Shown here piece by piece: positions 18,983-29,256 of a DNA stretch of 64,000 bases (its first letter is position 1; each line of letters begins with the position of its first letter). The notes under the pieces are model-generated. The model saw only the letters and a program-made list of their open reading frames with translations. It was not told where the DNA came from and did not search any database. The stretch covers positions 160,001 through 224,000 of the forward strand of contig CAVQRZ010000014.1 in the NCBI GenBank assembly GCA_963715335.1, given 5' to 3'. The translations under genes and the position numbers were made by a program. This DNA is from an uncultured delta proteobacterium. GTDB taxonomy: Bacteria > Desulfobacterota > Desulfuromonadia > Desulfuromonadales > BM103.

Positions 18983-19705
18983 ATGAGTAATCGCAAAACT
19001 AAACGCCCGATTTCGGAGGCAGAGCAGGAATTCCTCAAAGAGGTCCTGAAAAACGCTAAAACCAGTGCCCGCTGCTGGAAAATAGCTAGCGTAAACTCAG
19101 TGCTGTATTATTCCTTATCCGTGCTTGCTTTTGTCGTTGTCTGGAGAGTCATTGCATGGGTGGCGCAAGCGACATTAGGTATTGAGATTGGCTGGCACAG
19201 CCCTGGGGCAGTCTGGATCGCCGCGTTGGGTGCGGTCGCCTGTGTTCCGCCCGCAATCATTTCCAGCGTACGTTGGCTTAAGTCACAGGACGATCTCCGC
19301 CCAGGCCTGCGTGTTGATCTCGAAAAGGGACTGGTAATCGAAGAGGCTTATGAGTTCACTGCGACAAAAAGGTTCCAGGAGCCGGAACATGGCGGTTTGA
19401 TCTATTTTCTGCGAACGACCGAGGACAAGGTTTTGGTATTATTCGACCATGAAAGTCAGGAGCTGGGGGCACAGGGGGGAAACCCCCTGAACAGCAAATT
19501 TCAGCCACGCAAAGAACTTTTGATAGTCCGGGCTCCACAGACCGGAGTTGTTATCAGCCGACTTTTTTCTGGGGCCGCACTCGACGCTGGCGAGCCTCTG
19601 GAGATATCAGTTGAACCACAGACCTGGCCCGAGCCGGGAACTTACTGCAAATACCGATGGGACGAATTGGAAGAATGTCTCAGTAAAAAAACATCGCAAA
19701 GATGA
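18983..19705 (+). CDS. Hypothetical two-TM membrane protein (candidate gene cassette)
   Basis: ORF with lower-GC codon use, followed 1 nt after its stop by an attC-like site. Confidence 0.65.
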   Translation: MSNRKTKRPISEAEQEFLKEVLKNAKTSARCWKIASVNSVLYYSLSVLAFVVVWRVIAWVAQATLGIEIGWHSPGAVWIAALGAVACVPPAIISSVRWLKSQDDLRPGLRVDLEKGLVIEEAYEFTATKRFQEPEHGGLIYFLRTTEDKVLVLFDHESQELGAQGGNPLNSKFQPRKELLIVRAPQTGVVISRLFSGAALDAGEPLEISVEPQTWPEPGTYCKYRWDELEECLSKKTSQR

Positions 19706-19706
19706 T

Positions 19707-19816
19707 GCCCAACCATGTACTCAAGCGGATGGGTAGATACGTTGACGGTTCACGTCGAGGCTGCTGTTCAATGATTAGTGACCAGGCACAGCCAGCTTAG
19801 CCCGGCCCGTCAGGGC
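19707..19816 (+). mobile_element. Degenerate integron attC-like site A
   Basis: R'' GCCCAAC right after the stop, L'' CTCAAGCGG, L' CCAGCTTAG and a degraded R' GTCAGGG(C). Homologous to 62065-62168. Confidence 0.65.
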
Positions 19817-19874
19817 GATCCCCTCCGATAACTCACTCATTAACAGTTTGTAGCCACGGGGATACGTTCTTGCC

Positions 19875-20190
19875 ATGATCGAAATCCGCAAAACAGACAT
19901 TTTCGTCACATAATTGGACGATTTGCGCGACATTTGTGCAAGGGCCCGCGTTCTGGCCAGAATAGAGCGGCTTGCTGCCGGAAACCCTGGCGACGACAAG
20001 CCTCTCTTTCCGAGGGAGTCCTGGAGTTGCTGATCGATTACGGATACCGTGTGTATCACAAAAAGCGTGGCCAGAAGTTGATTATGCTTCTGGCAGGAGG
20101 CGACATCGCTCGCGCCAAAGGAATGTCACAAGTCGCATGCGCCGCCGGTCTCTCCTGCGAGCCTTTAAGCGCTCTCAGGTGAACTTCGCT
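19875..20190 (+). pseudogene. Collapsed addiction-module toxin (RelE/HigB-like killer) fused to an antidote remnant
   Basis: MIEIRKTDIFVT*LDDLRD..ARARVLARIERLAAGNPGDDKP, a frameshift, then EGVLELLIDYGYRVY..LLAGGD running directly into the antidote-like IARAKGMSQVA..AGLS. In-frame stop at 19911. Confidence 0.85.
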
Positions 20191-20206
20191 CAATATCACT
20201 GTTGAC

Positions 20207-20238
20207 AGGCCCGACAAGTGTTCCTGGCGGGCCTTTTT
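20207..20238. terminator. Hairpin between the convergent TA remnant and lon
   Basis: AGGCCCG...CGGGCCT followed by TTTT. Confidence 0.45.
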
Positions 20239-20262
20239 AAATGTGAGATAGGCTCGCAGCTA

Positions 20263-22695
20263 TCAGAACACGATCTTGTAGACATCGTTAAAGGTCCTGA
20301 CAAAGTGAACCTCCAGCCCTTCCTTAAGGTAGTCCGGCAGTTCTTCGTAATCTCTGCGGTTGTCCTCCGGGAAGACCAGGATCTTGAGCCTTGACCGGCG
20401 CGCCGCGATGGTCTTTTCCTTGAGCCCGCCGATCGCCAGGACGCGCCCGGTCAAGGTCAGTTCGCCGGTCATGCCGAGGCGTTTTTTCACGGTTTTCCCA
20501 CTGATCATCGAAACCAGGGCGGTGGCCATGGTAATGCCTGCCGAAGGACCGTCTTTCGGGGTGGCCCCCGCCGGAACGTGCAAGTGAATAAAATGCTCGT
20601 CGAAGAATTCCGGATCGCCGCCGAAGTCGGTAATGTGGGCCATGACGTAGGAATAGGCGATCTCCGAGCTCTCGATCATCACATTGCCGAGCTGGCCGGT
20701 CTGCTTGAACCCCTTGCTCTTGGCAATCATGGCGGTTGCCTCGATCTGCAGGGTTACGCCGCCGAGGCTGGTCCAGGCCAGACCGGTGACCACTCCGGGG
20801 ACTCCCTCGAAAATCTCGTCGGCGGCAAAGACCGGCTTCTGGAGATAATTCTCCAGTTCATGTGTGCCGATGGTCAACTTCTCCAGGCTGTCATTTTCGG
20901 CAAACTGCATGGCTGCGCGGCGCATTATTTTCTTGATCTGCTTCTCCAGATTGCGGACACCGGCTTCCCGGGCGTAACCATCAATGATTTGTTTGAGCGC
21001 GGCTTTACGAATCGAAATATGGTTGCGTACCAGTCCGTGTGTGCCAAGGGCTTTAGGAATCAGGTAGCGCTTGGCAATTTCAAGTTTCTCCTCGAGGATA
21101 TAGCCTGAAAGACGGATCATCTCCATCCGGTCGAGGAGGGGCCGGGGGATGGTGTCCAGCTGGTTGGCCGTGGCAATGAAGAGTACGTTGGAGAGATCGA
21201 AAGGGACGTCGAGGTAGTGATCACGGAAGCTGCCATTCTGTTCCGGGTCCAGGACCTCAAGCAGCGCCGAGGCAGGGTCGCCCTGGAAGGAAGCACCGAT
21301 CTTGTCAATCTCGTCGAGCATGATGACCGGATTGGCGGTGCCGACAGTTTTCATGGCCTGGATGAACTTGCCCGGCATAGCACCGATGTAAGTGCGGCGG
21401 TGCCCTTTAATCTCAGCCTCGTCACGCATGCCGCCCAACGAGAAACGAAAGAACTCCCGACCGAGGGCATTGGCGATGCTGTGGCCGATTGAGGTTTTGC
21501 CGACCCCGGGGGGGCCGACCAGGCAGAGAATCGACCCGGAAATGTCGCCTTTCATCTTGCCGACGGCGATGAACTCGAGAATCCGCTCCTTGACGTCCTT
21601 GAGACCGTAATGGTCGCGGTCGAGTATCCTCCTCGCCCGGGCGATATTGTACGAATCCTTGCTGAAGAGGCCCCAGGGCAGGATCGTTAGCCAGTCGAGG
21701 TAGCTGCGGCTGACATTGTACTCGGGTGATGATGGTTCAATCAGCTGCAGCTTCTCCAGCTCGTCTTCAACGGCCCGCTCTGCTTCCTCGTTCAACCGAA
21801 GCTTTTTAAGCCGTTTACGGAATTTCTCGATTTCCGTGACTTTGCCCTCTTTTTCCAGCCCCAGCTCCTGCTTGATTGCCTTGAACTGCTCGCGCAGGAA
21901 GAATTCGCGCTGCTGGGCGGAAATCTTCTCTTCGATCTGCTTGGAGATCTTGGTTTGCAGGCGCGACACCTCCAGCTCCTTCTTGAGCAGGACGAGCACC
22001 TTGTCGATGCGTTTGCGGACATCAAAAGTGGCCAGGATGTCCTGCAGCTGCTGACCATCTGAATTGGTCAGGTTTGCAGCGAAATCGGCCAGGCGACCCG
22101 GGTCGTCGAGACTGGAACGGTTCAGAAAGAGCTTGATCTCCTCGCTGTAGAGCGGGTTGATCTGGACAAGTTCCTTGAGCGTGGAAAGGATCGCCATCGA
22201 ATAGGCGCGCAGCTCCGGGTTGACCGAAAGCTCGGTGGCGAAGTGGTAGCGTACCCGCGCATATATCGTCAGCCCGCGCGCCTGGATCTCTTCGATCTCA
22301 AAACGTTCCATGCTGTTGACCAGGATATGTGCTGCGTTCTTCTCGGTGTGGAGGACCTTGATGATTTTTGCGGCGACGCCGACCTTGTGCAGGTTCTCAA
22401 TGCCGTCATCACCATCAAGCTCTCTGACCATGACCAGGCCGATCGACTGGGCCTGGTGCTCCATGGCCTGATGCATTGCCGCCACCTGCGCCTGGCCGTT
22501 GAGAACCAGGGGGATCATGATGCCGGGGAAGGCCGGTCGCGGGCGCAGCGGTATGATCGGCAATCCGGTCGGCAGGACCTCCGAGGCCACCACCAAGCCC
22601 CCCTCGCTGGCGTGCTCCTCGATAATTTCATTCATTTTGTCGTGATCGATTTCAAAATCTGACATCATATCCTCAAATTCATTCTCATCGTGCAT
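20263..22695 (-). CDS. lon: ATP-dependent Lon protease
   Basis: LON N-domain, Walker A GPPGVGKT, catalytic PKDGPSAG and IGGLKEK. Start at ATG22695 with a GGGGAG RBS. Confidence 0.97.
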   Translation of the reverse strand: MHDENEFEDMMSDFEIDHDKMNEIIEEHASEGGLVVASEVLPTGLPIIPLRPRPAFPGIMIPLVLNGQAQVAAMHQAMEHQAQSIGLVMVRELDGDDGIENLHKVGVAAKIIKVLHTEKNAAHILVNSMERFEIEEIQARGLTIYARVRYHFATELSVNPELRAYSMAILSTLKELVQINPLYSEEIKLFLNRSSLDDPGRLADFAANLTNSDGQQLQDILATFDVRKRIDKVLVLLKKELEVSRLQTKISKQIEEKISAQQREFFLREQFKAIKQELGLEKEGKVTEIEKFRKRLKKLRLNEEAERAVEDELEKLQLIEPSSPEYNVSRSYLDWLTILPWGLFSKDSYNIARARRILDRDHYGLKDVKERILEFIAVGKMKGDISGSILCLVGPPGVGKTSIGHSIANALGREFFRFSLGGMRDEAEIKGHRRTYIGAMPGKFIQAMKTVGTANPVIMLDEIDKIGASFQGDPASALLEVLDPEQNGSFRDHYLDVPFDLSNVLFIATANQLDTIPRPLLDRMEMIRLSGYILEEKLEIAKRYLIPKALGTHGLVRNHISIRKAALKQIIDGYAREAGVRNLEKQIKKIMRRAAMQFAENDSLEKLTIGTHELENYLQKPVFAADEIFEGVPGVVTGLAWTSLGGVTLQIEATAMIAKSKGFKQTGQLGNVMIESSEIAYSYVMAHITDFGGDPEFFDEHFIHLHVPAGATPKDGPSAGITMATALVSMISGKTVKKRLGMTGELTLTGRVLAIGGLKEKTIAARRSRLKILVFPEDNRRDYEELPDYLKEGLEVHFVRTFNDVYKIVF

Positions 22696-22877
22696 GGATG
22701 CAGCTCCCCATCGCAAAGATAAATCCTTAGAAAAGCTAATCATTTCAGGTCGTATTGTCAACCACGTCTTGGCGAGTTAATGGTCATATTTAGTTTGGCC
22801 GGGATTTTCTTCTCCTTTGCCTCCAGGTCATCTTGTGAAATAATGCCCGCCACCTGACCCTGAAGGAGCATCGCCAT

Positions 22878-25553
22878 ATGCCTGCCCAGCCCCACAGGAT
22901 TTTCCTGATCGACGGCTCGAGTTATATCTACCGCGCCTACTATGCCATTCGTCATCTGAGTAATTCGCAGGGGATGGCCACCAACGCCATCTACGGCTTC
23001 ACCAATATGCTGCTCAAAGTGATGCGCGACCTGAAACCGGATCAACTGGCGGTGATTTTCGACAGCAAGGGGCCGACCTTCCGTAAAGACCTCTATCCCG
23101 ACTACAAGGCCAACCGGTCGGCGATGCCTGAAGACCTGGTGACACAGATCCCTTATATCAAGAGGGTGGTGGAGGCCTTCGGCCTGCCGGGTATCGAAAT
23201 GCCCGGTTACGAAGCAGATGATATTATCGCCACCCTGGCGAAGAAGTTCGCCGCCCAGGGGATGGAAGTCACCGTGGTGACCGGAGACAAAGACCTGATG
23301 CAGATCGTCAGCGATCGCGTTCACCTGCTCGACACCATGAAGGACAAGATCTACGGTCCCGCTGAAGTCACCGAGCGTTTTGGCGGCGCGGACAAGGTGG
23401 TTGAGGTCCAGGCCCTGTCGGGGGACAGCTCCGATAATATCCCCGGCGTCCCCGGGATCGGCGAGAAAACCGCAAAAATGCTGATCGACGAGTACGGTGA
23501 TGTCGAGACGCTGCTCGCCAACCTTGATCAACTCAAGGGCAAGCGTCGTGAGAACCTGGAGAACTTTGCCGATCTGGCGAGGCTGTCCAAGAAACTGGTG
23601 ACGCTGGTTGATAATCTTGACCTGGCGGTTGATGATCATGACTTTACCCTGACCGAGCCAGACCGTGAAGCCTTGACGAATCTTTTCAAGGAGTGTGAGT
23701 TTTACAAGCTTCTCCAGGAGTTTGCCGTTGACACAAAGGATCGCGCTGAAAGCGCAGGCTACCGGGCGGTCTTATCGGAATCCGGACTTGCAGAACTGGT
23801 CACAGCGCTTGAAGGCTCGCAGCGGTTCGCTTTTGACACGGAAACCACCAGCCTGGATGCCATGCGTGCCGAACTGGTGGGGTTTTCCTTTGCCGTGACC
23901 GCGGGTGAGGCCTGGTACGTCCCGGTCGGGCACCACTACCTCGGGATGCCTGAGCAGCTGCCGCTCGCCAGGGTCCTCGATGCAGTCAGACCGCTGCTCG
24001 CTTCGCCCCACCACCTGAAGATCGGACAGAACCTCAAATACGATATCCTGGTCCTGGCGCGCGCCGGCGTCGAAGTCAGCGGCCCGATCTATGACACTAT
24101 GCTGGCCAGCTACCTGGCCAATCCGGCCGCCCGATCACACGGCATGGACAACCTCGCCGCCGAGCTGCTCAACTACCATACCATCAGCTACAGTGAGGTC
24201 GCCGGCAGCGGCAAGAAGCAGATCAGGTTCGACGAGGTCGAGGTTGAAAAGGCGACCAATTATGCCGCCGAGGACGCCGACATTACTCTGCGCCTTTACG
24301 AAAAACTTGTGCCGATGGTGACCGCGCAAGAGCAGGACCGCCTGTTCAACGACGTGGAGATGCCTCTGCTGCAGATCCTGGTCGAAATGGAGCAGGCCGG
24401 CATTCGCATTAACCCGGAGTTCCTCGGTGGGCTTTCCGCCGAAATGGAGAAGAAACTTGCCGTCCTCGAGGCTGATATCCACCAGCTGGCCGGCGGCCCT
24501 TTCAATATCGGTTCGCCGAAACAGCTCGGCGAAGTGCTCTTTGAGGATCTTGGCCTGCCCAAGGGCAAGAAGACCAAGACCGGCTGGTCGACCGACGTGG
24601 AGGTGCTGAATAATCTCGCCGAGGAACACGAGATAGCCGCGAAGATCCTCGATTATCGTTCGCTGATGAAATTGAAAGGGACATACACCGACGCGCTGCC
24701 GAAACTGATCCATCCCGAAACAGGCCGTATCCACACCAGCTTCAACCAGGCGGTGACGGCCACCGGCAGGCTCTCATCGAGTGATCCCAACCTGCAGAAC
24801 ATCCCGATCCGCACCGAGGAAGGCCGGCGTATCCGCGAGGGGTTCATCCCGTCCGATGGCTGTGTCCTGCTGTCGGCCGATTACTCGCAGGTTGAATTGC
24901 GCATCCTCGCCCATATGGCCGATGAACCGGCGCTCAAGGAGGCCTTTGCCCGTGGCGAGGATATCCATCGCAGCACGGCCAGCGAGGTCCTTGGCCTTTT
25001 CCCCGAGATGGTGACCGACGAACAGCGGCGCGCGGCCAAGGCGATCAATTTCGGTGTTGTCTACGGGATCAGCGCCTTCGGTCTGGCCAAGCAGCTTGGC
25101 ATCAACCGGCGCGAAGCGCAGCAGTTCATCGATACCTACTTTGAACGCTATCCCGGTATCCGCACTTTCATGGACGCCTGTATCGCCCAAGCCCGCGAAA
25201 GGCTGTACGTCACGACCCTGCTCGGCAGACGCTGTGCGATCCCGGAAATCAACAGCAAAAACGGTGCGGTGAGAGGCTACGCGGAACGCAACGCCATCAA
25301 CTACCCGGTACAGGGCTCGGCTGCCGACATCATCAAGCTTGCCATGGTCAAGATTGCTGCCAGTCTTGCCGGTGAAGGGCTGCAAACCCGTATGCTTCTG
25401 CAGGTGCATGATGAACTGGTCTTCGACGTCCCGCAGGCCGAACTCGCAAGGGTCTCGGCGCTTGTCAAAACAGAGATGGAAGGGGCTGTCGACCTGACCG
25501 TGCCGCTTCTCGTCGAAGTTGGCAGCGGTCGCAATTGGCGCGAGGCGCATTAA
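22878..25553 (+). CDS. polA: DNA polymerase I
   Basis: 5'-3' exonuclease (LIDGSSYIYRAYYA), 3'-5' exonuclease (FDTETT), and polymerase motifs DYSQVELRILAH, AKAINFGVVYG and QVHDEL. Confidence 0.98.
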   Translation: MPAQPHRIFLIDGSSYIYRAYYAIRHLSNSQGMATNAIYGFTNMLLKVMRDLKPDQLAVIFDSKGPTFRKDLYPDYKANRSAMPEDLVTQIPYIKRVVEAFGLPGIEMPGYEADDIIATLAKKFAAQGMEVTVVTGDKDLMQIVSDRVHLLDTMKDKIYGPAEVTERFGGADKVVEVQALSGDSSDNIPGVPGIGEKTAKMLIDEYGDVETLLANLDQLKGKRRENLENFADLARLSKKLVTLVDNLDLAVDDHDFTLTEPDREALTNLFKECEFYKLLQEFAVDTKDRAESAGYRAVLSESGLAELVTALEGSQRFAFDTETTSLDAMRAELVGFSFAVTAGEAWYVPVGHHYLGMPEQLPLARVLDAVRPLLASPHHLKIGQNLKYDILVLARAGVEVSGPIYDTMLASYLANPAARSHGMDNLAAELLNYHTISYSEVAGSGKKQIRFDEVEVEKATNYAAEDADITLRLYEKLVPMVTAQEQDRLFNDVEMPLLQILVEMEQAGIRINPEFLGGLSAEMEKKLAVLEADIHQLAGGPFNIGSPKQLGEVLFEDLGLPKGKKTKTGWSTDVEVLNNLAEEHEIAAKILDYRSLMKLKGTYTDALPKLIHPETGRIHTSFNQAVTATGRLSSSDPNLQNIPIRTEEGRRIREGFIPSDGCVLLSADYSQVELRILAHMADEPALKEAFARGEDIHRSTASEVLGLFPEMVTDEQRRAAKAINFGVVYGISAFGLAKQLGINRREAQQFIDTYFERYPGIRTFMDACIAQARERLYVTTLLGRRCAIPEINSKNGAVRGYAERNAINYPVQGSAADIIKLAMVKIAASLAGEGLQTRMLLQVHDELVFDVPQAELARVSALVKTEMEGAVDLTVPLLVEVGSGRNWREAH

Positions 25554-25656
25554 GCTGCTGCGGAAACTTGACAAAAATGCCAATAACGGTGATGCTTGCC
25601 AACATCTGTCAGATGAATGGTCTGGCTAATAATTAGGGTTCTAGGGAGGTAAAACA

Positions 25657-26579
25657 ATGAAACATTTGCGTTTGCTACTGTGTGTCTTGGTTGCTCTGCT
25701 GTTATTTTCCGGCTCGGTTTTTGCCTATTTGCAACCGAACGTCAATCTCGGTTTTACGAGTTTCCTTGATGGTGGGCCACCTGCCGGTCCCGGACATTAT
25801 CTCTCTGAATACCTGCAGTTCTATACTGCGGACAATCTGAAGGATTGGCCCTCCAGGTTGATGTTGATGTGGATGTCTGGATTCTGATGAACCAGTATGA
25901 TCTATCAGTCTGATCAGGCCGCTTCTGTTCGGTGGCAAATGGGGTATGAATGTTATGCTGCCGATTGTTGTCCTTGATATGGGAAGTAATCTCGCTTGTC
26001 TTGAAGATAATGGTACCGGACTTGGTGACCTTCTCGATTGGCCCTTACCTTCAGTGGGACCCGATCATGGGAGCCAACGGACCTTTGATGCTCAACCGTA
26101 TCGAATTGCAGACCATTTTTCCGACCGGTAAGTATGATAATGAAAAAGCTCTCAACCCGGGGAGCAATCACTTCTCCTTTAACCCTTACTGGGCTGCGAC
26201 TGTTTTCCTTGGCCCAAAGGCAACAGTCTCTTGGCGTCTACACTATCTTTGGAATGATAAGAATGATGATTACGGACCCGCTAGTGTTGATCTTGAGCCA
26301 GGCGAAGCTGTACACGCAAATTTCTCCGCTGCCTACGAAGTTCTGCCTAAGCAATTACGTCTAGGTATCAACGGCTATTGGTTTGACCAGATTTCAGATA
26401 CCGAGGTTGCCGGAGACAAAGAGAAGGGCATGGAAGAGAAGGTCTTTGCCATCGGGCCCGGCGCCGTCTGGCACTTTTCCCAGGATACACATCTGTTTGT
26501 CAACGCCTACTTCGAAAGTGACGCGGAGAGTCGCCCCGAAGGTGAGCGTTACAACCTGAGGTTCGTGCATCACTTCTAG
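25657..26579 (+). pseudogene. SphA / phenol-MetA-degradation family outer-membrane channel with at least 4 frameshifts
   Basis: Signal peptide, [46 protein letters not shown] and terminal VHHF. The pieces lie in different frames between about 25845 and 26040. Confidence 0.75.
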
Positions 26580-26607
26580 GCATCATCTGGGTTACAAATG
26601 TTTCCCC

Positions 26608-26640
26608 AAGGCCACCCGATCTCGGGTGGCCTTGTTTTTT
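26608..26640 (+). terminator. Rho-independent terminator
   Basis: AAGGCCACCCGA-tc-TCGGGTGGCCTT followed by GTTTTTT. Confidence 0.85.
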
Positions 26641-26658
26641 GACAAGAAAGACTGGTTT

Positions 26659-26767
26659 AACACAGAGACGCAAAGAACGCAGAGAACTTAATTATATGCT
26701 TAACACCTTGCAAGGACAGAGCGAGCAGGTTTTATGGGAGCCTTCTGCTCTTTGCGCTCTTTGCGTT
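26659..26767. repeat. REP-doublet-like inverted pair of short (CGCAAAGA-type) tandem units
   Basis: AACACAGAGACGCAAAGAACGCAGAGAA (26659-26686) faces TTCTGCTCTTTGCGCTCTTTGCGTT (26743-26767). Confidence 0.55.
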
Positions 26768-26869
26768 GACATTGCTATGCCTGTTTTCTCCGGCTGTGAC
26801 GCAAATCTTGCCACGGTCAGCCAATCGTGGCATGATGCCCGCCGCTGAAAACTTATACAGGATGTGTTG

Positions 26870-27130
26870 ATGGTTAAAGAGAACGACTTCGTCGCTATAT
26901 TCCATTCGATCCACCGGGTTCTCAAGGCCGAGAAAATTCTCAAGTCTGCGAAGGTCGATTTTCTGTTGATTCCGGTTCCCCGGCAGCTGAACTCAGACTG
27001 CGGCCTTGCCTTGCGTTTCTCGCCTGAAGTCAGAGATGAACTGCTGGCGGTGCTTGCCGACGAAAACCTCCCGCCGGTTGAATTGCACCAACGCAAAGCA
27101 GGGGCCTACCTGGCGGTTGAACCCGGTTGA
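26870..27130 (+). CDS. DUF3343-family small protein
   Basis: FHSIHRVLKAEKILK...LIPVPRQLNSDCGLALR. Confidence 0.85.
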   Translation: MVKENDFVAIFHSIHRVLKAEKILKSAKVDFLLIPVPRQLNSDCGLALRFSPEVRDELLAVLADENLPPVELHQRKAGAYLAVEPG

Positions 27131-27169
27131 GTGATGCAGCGGCGGAGCCGCAAGGTACCCGGTTTTCGC

Positions 27170-27199
27170 TTGACAAAGTCATTACGGGTTCACTAAAGT
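27170..27199 (+). promoter_or_regulatory. Sigma70-type promoter for the ffh operon
   Basis: TTGACA-18 nt-TAAAGT upstream of ffh. Confidence 0.5.
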
Positions 27200-27245
27200 G
27201 CAACATTTGTCCATACTGGAATCCGGGCAATAGAGTGACGGGCAG

Positions 27246-28595
27246 ATGTTTGACACCTTAACCGAGAAATTTGACAAAGTTTTCAAGCAGTTGCGCGGAC
27301 GTGGGCGCCTCTCCGAAGAGAACATCCAGCAGGCCCTGCGCGAAGTGCGATTGGCACTTCTGGAAGCGGATGTCAATTTCAAGGTTGTCAAGGATTTCGT
27401 GGCTGCGGTTCGTGACCGTGCGGTCGGTCATGATGTCCTGGAGAGTTTGACCCCGGGTCAACAGGTCATCCAGATCGTGCGTGACGAACTGGGCCGGTTG
27501 ATGGGCGGGTCGGAAAATAACCAGCTTGATTTGGACGCCCGTCCGCCGGTGCCGATCATGCTCTGCGGCCTGCAGGGCGCGGGCAAGACCACAACCTGCG
27601 GCAAACTGGCCCTCAAGCTGCGCCGGGAAAAGCGTAATCCGCTACTGGTCCCGGCCGACGTCTATCGGCCTGCTGCGATAGAACAGCTGAAAACCCTCGG
27701 TCGTCAGATCGATGTCCCGGTGTTCGACAGCCGGGCCGATCAGGACCCGGTTGAGATTTGCCGTCAGGCCCTCGCGTTTGCCGACCGGCAGGGTTACGAT
27801 ACACTGATACTTGATACCGCCGGCCGCCTGCATATCGATGATACGCTGATGCAGGAGCTGGAGAGGATTTGCTCCAGCGTGGAGCCGCGAGAAATCCTGC
27901 TGGTGGCAGATGCCATGACCGGCCAGGACGCGGTCAACGTGGCCAGCTCTTTCAACGAGCGACTTGGCCTGACCGGGGTCATTTTGACCAAGCTGGATGG
28001 CGATGCCCGCGGTGGTGCCGCCCTGTCGATACGGGCAGTCACGGGCAAGCCGATCAAGCTGGTCGGCATGGGAGAAAAGCTGGAGGCCCTGGAGTCCTTC
28101 CATCCCGAAAGGATGGCCCAGCGGATTCTGGGTATGGGAGATGTCCTCTCCCTGATCGAGAAGGCCGAAGCCGCTTTTGATGAAAAGGAAGCCGCCAACC
28201 TGGAGCAGCGTCTCCGTGATGACGGTTTCACCCTGGAGACCTTCAAGGAACAGCTCAAGACGATCAAGAAGATGGGATCGATGGAGTCGATGCTGTCACT
28301 GATTCCGGGGGCGGGCAAAGCGCTCAAGAAGATGAATGGGATGCAGCTCCCCGACGATGAGCTGAAAAAGATCGAGGCGATCATCAACTCGATGACGCTC
28401 AAGGAACGACGCAATCACAAGATCATCAACGGTTCGAGGCGGTTGCGTATCGCCAATGGCAGCGGCACGAGGGTGCAGGACGTCAATCAGCTGCTGAAAA
28501 GATTCACCGAAGCCCAGAAAATGATGAAAAAAATGCAGAAGATGGGTCCCAAAGGTATCCGCAGCATGATGGGTCCCGGGGGCTTTCCGATGTAA
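27246..28595 (+). CDS. ffh: Signal recognition particle protein
   Basis: GLQGAGKTT, DTAGR, TKLDGDARGG and a Met-rich M domain. Confidence 0.98.
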   Translation: MFDTLTEKFDKVFKQLRGRGRLSEENIQQALREVRLALLEADVNFKVVKDFVAAVRDRAVGHDVLESLTPGQQVIQIVRDELGRLMGGSENNQLDLDARPPVPIMLCGLQGAGKTTTCGKLALKLRREKRNPLLVPADVYRPAAIEQLKTLGRQIDVPVFDSRADQDPVEICRQALAFADRQGYDTLILDTAGRLHIDDTLMQELERICSSVEPREILLVADAMTGQDAVNVASSFNERLGLTGVILTKLDGDARGGAALSIRAVTGKPIKLVGMGEKLEALESFHPERMAQRILGMGDVLSLIEKAEAAFDEKEAANLEQRLRDDGFTLETFKEQLKTIKKMGSMESMLSLIPGAGKALKKMNGMQLPDDELKKIEAIINSMTLKERRNHKIINGSRRLRIANGSGTRVQDVNQLLKRFTEAQKMMKKMQKMGPKGIRSMMGPGGFPM

Positions 28596-28702
28596 GCAAC
28601 TGCCCGATCCGGTGTCGGATCGGCATGACACGTAAATAAACAATCACACAGGGGTTCCCCTCTAAATTAACAAGAGTCACAAGCTCAGGAGGAAAGAAGT
28701 CA

Positions 28703-28963
28703 ATGGCAGTAAAAATCAGGCTGGCCCGCGGTGGCGCCAAGAAGAAAGCTTTTTACCAGGTTGTTGTTGCGGACGAGCGGTTCCCCCGTGACGGCCGTTT
28801 TATTGAAAAACTGGGGCAATACGATCCGAAGCAGGATCCCCCAATATTCAACGTTGTTGAAGAGCGGACCCTTGAGTGGCTGAACAAAGGTGCTCAGCCG
28901 ACCGACACGGTTCGTCAGTTGCTGCGCAAGCAGGGGATCTGGGCCAAGTTCAAGCAGGCTTAA
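28703..28963 (+). CDS. rpsP: 30S ribosomal protein S16
   Basis: [35 protein letters not shown]. Confidence 0.98.
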   Translation: MAVKIRLARGGAKKKAFYQVVVADERFPRDGRFIEKLGQYDPKQDPPIFNVVEERTLEWLNKGAQPTDTVRQLLRKQGIWAKFKQA

Positions 28964-29022
28964 ATCCCTGAGCTTTTGCGGCGCCCGAGGAAGTTGACTC
29001 CTGTCAACAAAGGAAGGACGCC

Positions 29023-29256
29023 ATGAAAGAGCTCATCGAATTCATCGCCAAAGCTCTGGTGGACAATCCGGACGCGATCACCGTCACTGAAGAGGTGGAC
29101 GTCGGCGGTACGGTTCTCGTCAAGCTGGCTGCTGCCCAGGAGGACATGGGACGCATCATCGGCAAGCAGGGGCGAACGGCCAAGGCCATGCGTACCCTGC
29201 TGAACGCCAAGGCGACACGCGAGAACAAGAGAGCTGTGCTGCAGATCCTGGAATGA
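29023..29256 (+). CDS. khpA: KH-domain RNA-binding protein (KhpA/YlqC)
   Basis: DMGRIIGKQGRTAKAMRTLL (GxxG); conserved position between rpsP and rimM. Confidence 0.92.
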   Translation: MKELIEFIAKALVDNPDAITVTEEVDVGGTVLVKLAAAQEDMGRIIGKQGRTAKAMRTLLNAKATRENKRAVLQILE

